This document shows positions 24,434 to 28,859 of a stretch of DNA of 28,859 nt, piece by piece. A program made the translations under genes and the position numbers. The stretch comes from Pseudomonadota bacterium. Its GTDB lineage: Bacteria > Bdellovibrionota > FAC87 > UBA2466. Numbering within the stretch: the first letter of the stretch is position 1; each line of letters begins with the position of its first letter. The stretch is taken from contig JAYUGC010000108.1 of NCBI GenBank assembly GCA_043767805.1, positions 1-28,859 of the forward strand, written 5' to 3'. Below the pieces are notes generated by a model. It was not told the DNA's origin. It saw only the letters and a program-made list of their open reading frames with translations, and did not search any database.

Positions 24434-25383
24434 ACGAGTGGGAAACTTTGCTTCTCGGGGAAGCGAAAGGCCTGGTCCCCTGGTTTTCCGATCCGCGGGT
24501 TACGGATGTTTTCGTTAACGGCACGGCTTCGCTTTATGTTGAGCGGGGAGAGGGTTTGGAGAGTCACCCCACGCTCCTTTCGGAAGCAGGCTTACGAGAT
24601 TTCGTGGAACGTCTGGTGCTTCCTCTCGGGCGTCGCGTGGACGCCGCGCAACCTTTCTTGGATGGCCGGGTGGGAGAGCTCGGCCGCTTCCATGCGATCT
24701 TTCCTCCGGCCGTGCGCGGAGCGCCTCATCTGAGCTTTCGCATTTTTCGCCGTGGTGAAAAGGCTCCGCTCGAAAGCTTTGGGCCGACTTCCTTTATAGA
24801 AGAGGGGCTCGCTGCGGGGCAGAACTGGATTCTTTGCGGCGCGACTGGCACCGGAAAGACGACGCTCCTCTGCCGGCTGCTCGAGCGAGCCGCTCCGGAG
24901 GAGCGCATTCTCATCGTGGAAGAGAGCCGCGAGATTCAGCTCGATCACCCGCACGCCGTAACTTTAGAAGGCCGGCCCATGGGACCGGAAGGGGTCGGAG
25001 AAATTTCGCTCCGCGCGCTCCTTCGCCAAGCGCTCCGCATGGGACCGGATCGGTTGGTGCTGGGGGAATGCCGGGGCGAGGAGGCTTTCGACTTGGTTCA
25101 GGCCATGAACACCGGTCACCGCCGTTCGCTGAGCACGCTTCACGCCAATTCCTGCCGAGACGCCCTTCGACGGTTGGAAAGTCTGGTTCTGCTCGGTAGC
25201 CGAGGGGCAACTCTGCCCGCCGTTCGGGAGTGGGTGGCCGGCGCGGTTCAGGGCGTCGCCTTTCTAGAACGCCGCGGAGGGGTCCGCCGCATCACGGAAG
25301 TGCTTGAAGTGCGGGGTTTGGAAGGGGAAGTCTATAGAATCACTCCCAAATACAAAGAAGCAGAGGCTTTACCGCGTAGGTGA
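24430..25383 (+). CDS. cpaF: Tad pilus assembly ATPase (CpaF/TadA family), short form
   Basis: Walker A GATGTGKTT, IVEESRE, LRMGPDRLVLGECRG, MNTGH, TLHAN; GTGA overlap with the secretin gene. Confidence 0.88.
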   Translation: MNEWETLLLGEAKGLVPWFSDPRVTDVFVNGTASLYVERGEGLESHPTLLSEAGLRDFVERLVLPLGRRVDAAQPFLDGRVGELGRFHAIFPPAVRGAPHLSFRIFRRGEKAPLESFGPTSFIEEGLAAGQNWILCGATGTGKTTLLCRLLERAAPEERILIVEESREIQLDHPHAVTLEGRPMGPEGVGEISLRALLRQALRMGPDRLVLGECRGEEAFDLVQAMNTGHRRSLSTLHANSCRDALRRLESLVLLGSRGATLPAVREWVAGAVQGVAFLERRGGVRRITEVLEVRGLEGEVYRITPKYKEAEALPRR

Positions 25384-25445
25384 CATCCCCTCTTGCGTCA
25401 GAAAACAAAGTATGCGAATTTACGGCACCTATTTAGGAGTTAGTC

Positions 25446-25655
25446 ATGAAGGCCGGAATTCACCCCGAGTATACTGAAACGAACATCCGCTGCGCTTGCG
25501 GCAACGAGTTCACCACCCGTGCGACCGTAAAGAACATCCGGGTTGAAATTTGCTCTAACTGCCACCCTCTCTATACGGGCAAGCAGAAGCTTGTGGACGC
25601 CGAAGGTCGTGTCGAGCGCTTCCGCAAGAAGTACGGCGAAAAGCGCAAATACTAA
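25446..25655 (+). CDS. rpmE: 50S ribosomal protein L31 (zinc-binding type)
   Basis: [32 protein letters not shown]. Confidence 0.97.
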   Translation: MKAGIHPEYTETNIRCACGNEFTTRATVKNIRVEICSNCHPLYTGKQKLVDAEGRVERFRKKYGEKRKY

Positions 25656-25669
25656 GCGTTTTTTTTCCC

Positions 25670-26740
25670 ATGTTTCAAAAACTGGATGAAGTCGAAGCTC
25701 ACTTCAATTCCATTGAAGCGCGCCTTAGCTCGCCCGAGATGGCGGGCGATACCGACCTATTGCAAAGGCTTTCCAAAGAGCACAGCGATTTAGTGCCGTT
25801 GGTCTCGCTTTACCGTGAGTACCGGATGGCGAAGAACGCCTTCGTCGAGAATCAGGAATTGCTGAAGGGCAATGACGCCGAGATGCGCGAGCTCGCGCTC
25901 GAAGAGAACCGCGAGCTGGAGCCGAAGCTGCAAGAGATCGAGAAGCGCCTGCAGATCTTGCTGCTGCCCACCGATCCCAATGACGACAAGAACATCTTGC
26001 TCGAAATCCGCGCGGGAGCGGGCGGAGATGAGGCCGCGCTTTTCGTGGGCGAGCTCTTTCGCATGTACACGAAGTACTCGGAGCGCCGCCGCTGGGCCAT
26101 CGACATGATGAGCGCGAGCGACAGCGAAGCGGGCGGTTTCAAAGAAATCATCTGCATGGTGCGCGGCGAGAAGGTGTTCTCGCTTTTGAAATTCGAGAGC
26201 GGCGTGCACCGCGTGCAGCGCGTCCCGAAAACGGAAACTCAAGGCCGCATTCATACCAGCACGGCGACCGTCGCCGTTTTGCCGGAAGCCGAAGAGCTCG
26301 AGTGCACGATCAATCCGAACGATTTGAAGATCGACGTCTACCGCAGCTCGGGCGCCGGCGGACAGAGCGTAAATACCACCGACTCCGCGGTGCGCATGAC
26401 TCACTTGCCGACGGGACTCGTGGTTGCCTGTCAGGACGAGCGCTCGCAGCTCAAAAATAAGTTCAAAGCTCTGAAGATTCTCCAAACGCGCCTCAAAGAT
26501 TTGAAGCAGCGCGAGCAGGACGAGAAAATGGCGGCCGACCGCAAAGGCCAAGTGGGAACGGGCGATCGCAGCGAAAAGATCCGCACCTACAATTTTCCGC
26601 AAGGCCGCGTGACCGATCACCGCATCGGCGTGACTATTTTTCAGATCGACGCCTACATGAACGGCGACATCGACGAGATGATTTCGAAGACCTCCGCTCA
26701 CTTTCAGGCGGAAGCGCTCAAATCCAATGAAAATACGTGA
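25670..26740 (+). CDS. prfA: Peptide chain release factor 1
   Basis: GVHRVQRVPKTE (PxT), GAGGQSVN, RTYNFPQGR. Confidence 0.97.
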   Translation: MFQKLDEVEAHFNSIEARLSSPEMAGDTDLLQRLSKEHSDLVPLVSLYREYRMAKNAFVENQELLKGNDAEMRELALEENRELEPKLQEIEKRLQILLLPTDPNDDKNILLEIRAGAGGDEAALFVGELFRMYTKYSERRRWAIDMMSASDSEAGGFKEIICMVRGEKVFSLLKFESGVHRVQRVPKTETQGRIHTSTATVAVLPEAEELECTINPNDLKIDVYRSSGAGGQSVNTTDSAVRMTHLPTGLVVACQDERSQLKNKFKALKILQTRLKDLKQREQDEKMAADRKGQVGTGDRSEKIRTYNFPQGRVTDHRIGVTIFQIDAYMNGDIDEMISKTSAHFQAEALKSNENT

Positions 26741-27584
26741 GCTTATCTTCCAGGGACGGGACCGCCTCACGGTGGCTCACGTTCAGTGCGCCGATCCGCT
26801 CTCGCACATGAAACAGATCGTGGAGCACTGCTTAGGGATCGATACCTCCGGCCTTTACGTGGCCTGGGAGAACGAGATGGCGGCGGATAAAGTAAAAGCC
26901 GTGGAAGCTTTCTTGGAGCGGCGCATGAAGGGTGAGCCCTTTCAGTACATCGCGGGGTGCGAGTATTTTTGGAAGAGCCGATTTAGCGTTGGGCCCGGTG
27001 TGCTCATTCCCCGCCGCGAGACGGAGTGGGTGGTCGAAGCCCTGTTAGAGCTCGAGCCCAGACAAAAGGCGCGCTTCAGTGAGCTTGGGGCCGGATCGGG
27101 AAATATCGGTTTGTCGCTGCTGCTCGATCGCCCGCAATGGGAATGGTTCGGGTACGAGCTCAATCCCGAGACGATTCCCTATTTAGAAGCGAACCGAAAG
27201 TCACTTTTGGCTCCAGGATCCGTCTATCACATCGAGTCCGGGGACTTTTTCCAGAAGGCCGGGGCGGACGCGCCTTTTGATTGGATTGTTTCCAATGCGC
27301 CCTATGTTACGAGCGGAGAGATGCCGGGACTCGCTAAAGAGATTCACCATGAACCAGCCATGGCTTTGGACGGTGGGCAAGACGGGCTCGACGTCATCCG
27401 CAAGCTCGTCCAGTCGGCGGCTAAGTGGTTGAGACCGGGCGGAGGTATCGTCGGCGAAATGTCCGGCGAGCAGGGCCCCGCGGTGCAGAAACTTTTGAAG
27501 GATTTCGGATTCGAGCAAAGTCGGGTAATACGGGACTATTCCGGGCACGATAGAGTTTTCGTCGGGCGTTGGGGGGGGAAGTAA
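26727..27584 (+). CDS. prmC: Release factor glutamine methyltransferase
   Basis: GEPFQYI, VLIPRRETE, LGAGSG, SNAPY, EP..ALDGG.DGL; follows prfA. Confidence 0.93.
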   Translation: MKIRELIFQGRDRLTVAHVQCADPLSHMKQIVEHCLGIDTSGLYVAWENEMAADKVKAVEAFLERRMKGEPFQYIAGCEYFWKSRFSVGPGVLIPRRETEWVVEALLELEPRQKARFSELGAGSGNIGLSLLLDRPQWEWFGYELNPETIPYLEANRKSLLAPGSVYHIESGDFFQKAGADAPFDWIVSNAPYVTSGEMPGLAKEIHHEPAMALDGGQDGLDVIRKLVQSAAKWLRPGGGIVGEMSGEQGPAVQKLLKDFGFEQSRVIRDYSGHDRVFVGRWGGK

Positions 27585-28855
27585 TGGACGCATTAGTCAT
27601 TCGAGGGCCCGCGAAGCTGAGCGGCACGGTCCAAGTGAGCGGGTCGAAAAACACCGCGCTTCCCTTTCTCTTTGCCTCGCTTCTCTTCGACGAAGAAATC
27701 AAGTTTGAGAACGTGCCTCGGCTCTGGGACATCGAGACCACGCTGAGCATTCTGGGGCTCATGGGATGCGAGACGAACTGGAATAAAGAGGAGAACACGG
27801 TCTCCATCCTCCCGAAAATATCGGACCCGCTCGCGCCCTACGAATGGGTCCGCCGCATGCGCGCGGGAATTCTTGCCTTGGGCCCGCTCGTTGGAAAAAG
27901 CGGCAGGGCGAGGGTGAGTCTTCCTGGCGGTTGCGCCATCGGCGCGCGCCCCGTGAATTTTCACATCGAAGCGCTTCGTCAGATGGGCGTCGTGGTGGAA
28001 GTGGAAGAGGGCTACATCGTCGCGCGCGCGAAATACGGTTTGAAGGGCGGTCGGCTGCGGTTTCCCGAAGTCACCGTGACCGGTACCGAGAACGCTTTGA
28101 TGGTGGCCGTTCTCGCCGAAGGCGAGACGATCATCGAAAATGCGGCGCGAGAGCCCGAAGTGACCGCGCTTTGTGATTTCATGGTGGCCTCCGGCGCGCG
28201 CATCGAAGGCATCGGCACACCGACGTTACGCATTCGCGGAGTGAGAAAGCTAAAACCGCCAGCGAAACCCGTACGCATTCCCGCCGATCGGATCGAAGCG
28301 GGCACTTGGATTTCCGCGGCCGTCGCGACGAAAAGCGCTTTGCGCCTGGAAGGGTGTGAAGCGGCCCGCATGGAATCCGTGCTGTCTGCCTACCGCGCCA
28401 TGGGCACGAAGCTCACCATTTCCGCGAAGGGCGACGTCATCGACGTCGAGCCGCCGGACGTGTGCACTCCCATTGATTTGGTGACCGATCCTTACCCCGG
28501 CTTTCCGACCGACATGCAGGCGCAGATCATGGTCAACATGATGTTCGCCAAAGGCAGAAGCCGCGTGAAGGAAACCATCTTCGAAAATCGCTTCATGCAC
28601 GTCGCGGAACTTCGCCGCCTGGGAGCGAACATCGAAGTTTCCGGCAATGAGGCCATTATCGAAGGGCCGGTGCGCTTGAAAGGCGCGCCGCTCATGGCGA
28701 CCGACTTACGCGCGAGTGCCTCGCTCGTCGTGGCCGCGCTCGCGGCCGAAGGTTCCACGCAAGTAAGCCGCATCTATCACCTGGACCGCGGTTATGCGCG
28801 TCTCGATCAAAAATTGACCGCACTCGGAGCCGACGTTAAGCGTGTCGTGGAGTAG
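27584..28855 (+). CDS. murA: UDP-N-acetylglucosamine 1-carboxyvinyltransferase
   Basis: SGSKN, LPGGCAIGARP (active-site Cys), YPGFPTDMQAQ, ATDLRA, HLDRGY; TAATG overlap with prmC. Confidence 0.97.
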   Translation: MDALVIRGPAKLSGTVQVSGSKNTALPFLFASLLFDEEIKFENVPRLWDIETTLSILGLMGCETNWNKEENTVSILPKISDPLAPYEWVRRMRAGILALGPLVGKSGRARVSLPGGCAIGARPVNFHIEALRQMGVVVEVEEGYIVARAKYGLKGGRLRFPEVTVTGTENALMVAVLAEGETIIENAAREPEVTALCDFMVASGARIEGIGTPTLRIRGVRKLKPPAKPVRIPADRIEAGTWISAAVATKSALRLEGCEAARMESVLSAYRAMGTKLTISAKGDVIDVEPPDVCTPIDLVTDPYPGFPTDMQAQIMVNMMFAKGRSRVKETIFENRFMHVAELRRLGANIEVSGNEAIIEGPVRLKGAPLMATDLRASASLVVAALAAEGSTQVSRIYHLDRGYARLDQKLTALGADVKRVVE

Positions 28856-28859
28856 CTAA

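Noticed and set aside
25790..26770. Long antisense ORFs (e.g. opposite prfA, the serine hydrolase and protein B)
   Set aside because: Typical shadow ORFs of GC-rich coding strands, with no motifs or translation signals.
27571..27578. G8 tract as a phase-variation switch
   Set aside because: It is in the last codons of prmC and probably serves as the murA ribosome-binding region; murA is normally essential and both frames are intact.

Overview
A 28.9-kb GC-rich bacterial chromosomal segment. Gene style (IHF-beta, many Sec-exported hypotheticals, a trypsin lipoprotein, a split Tad locus) suggests a Bdellovibrionota/delta-proteobacteria-like organism; this is inference only. Housekeeping content: a partial GT4 glycosyltransferase, a WcaJ-type priming transferase, ihfB, a PuuD-like membrane protein, uvrB, ilvC, a rhodanese, tRNA-Arg(CCT) and rpmE-prfA-prmC-murA. 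The most unusual part is 3.2-8.2 kb: three tandem genes for exported proteins, each behind its own sigma-54-type (-24/-12) promoter. Two of them share an ungapped 127-aa block (about 50% identical by manual count) that reads as eleven 11-residue (hendecad) coiled-coil units after a Gly/Ala hydrophobic helix, the architecture of Microviridae DNA-pilot tube proteins. The larger protein has an internal AHA|E signal-peptidase-like site just before this module. Similar sigma-54 motifs lie immediately before a stand-alone ComEC-type MBL domain gene and the Tad secretin/ATPase pair, suggesting one envelope-contact regulon. Other points of note: a secreted JAMM/JAB-like protein, a degenerate GT4, a frameshifted gene remnant, apparently widespread leaderless genes (including uvrB/ilvC sharing a 21-bp gap), and long imperfect intergenic hairpins. 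No integrase, transposase or CRISPR array was seen.
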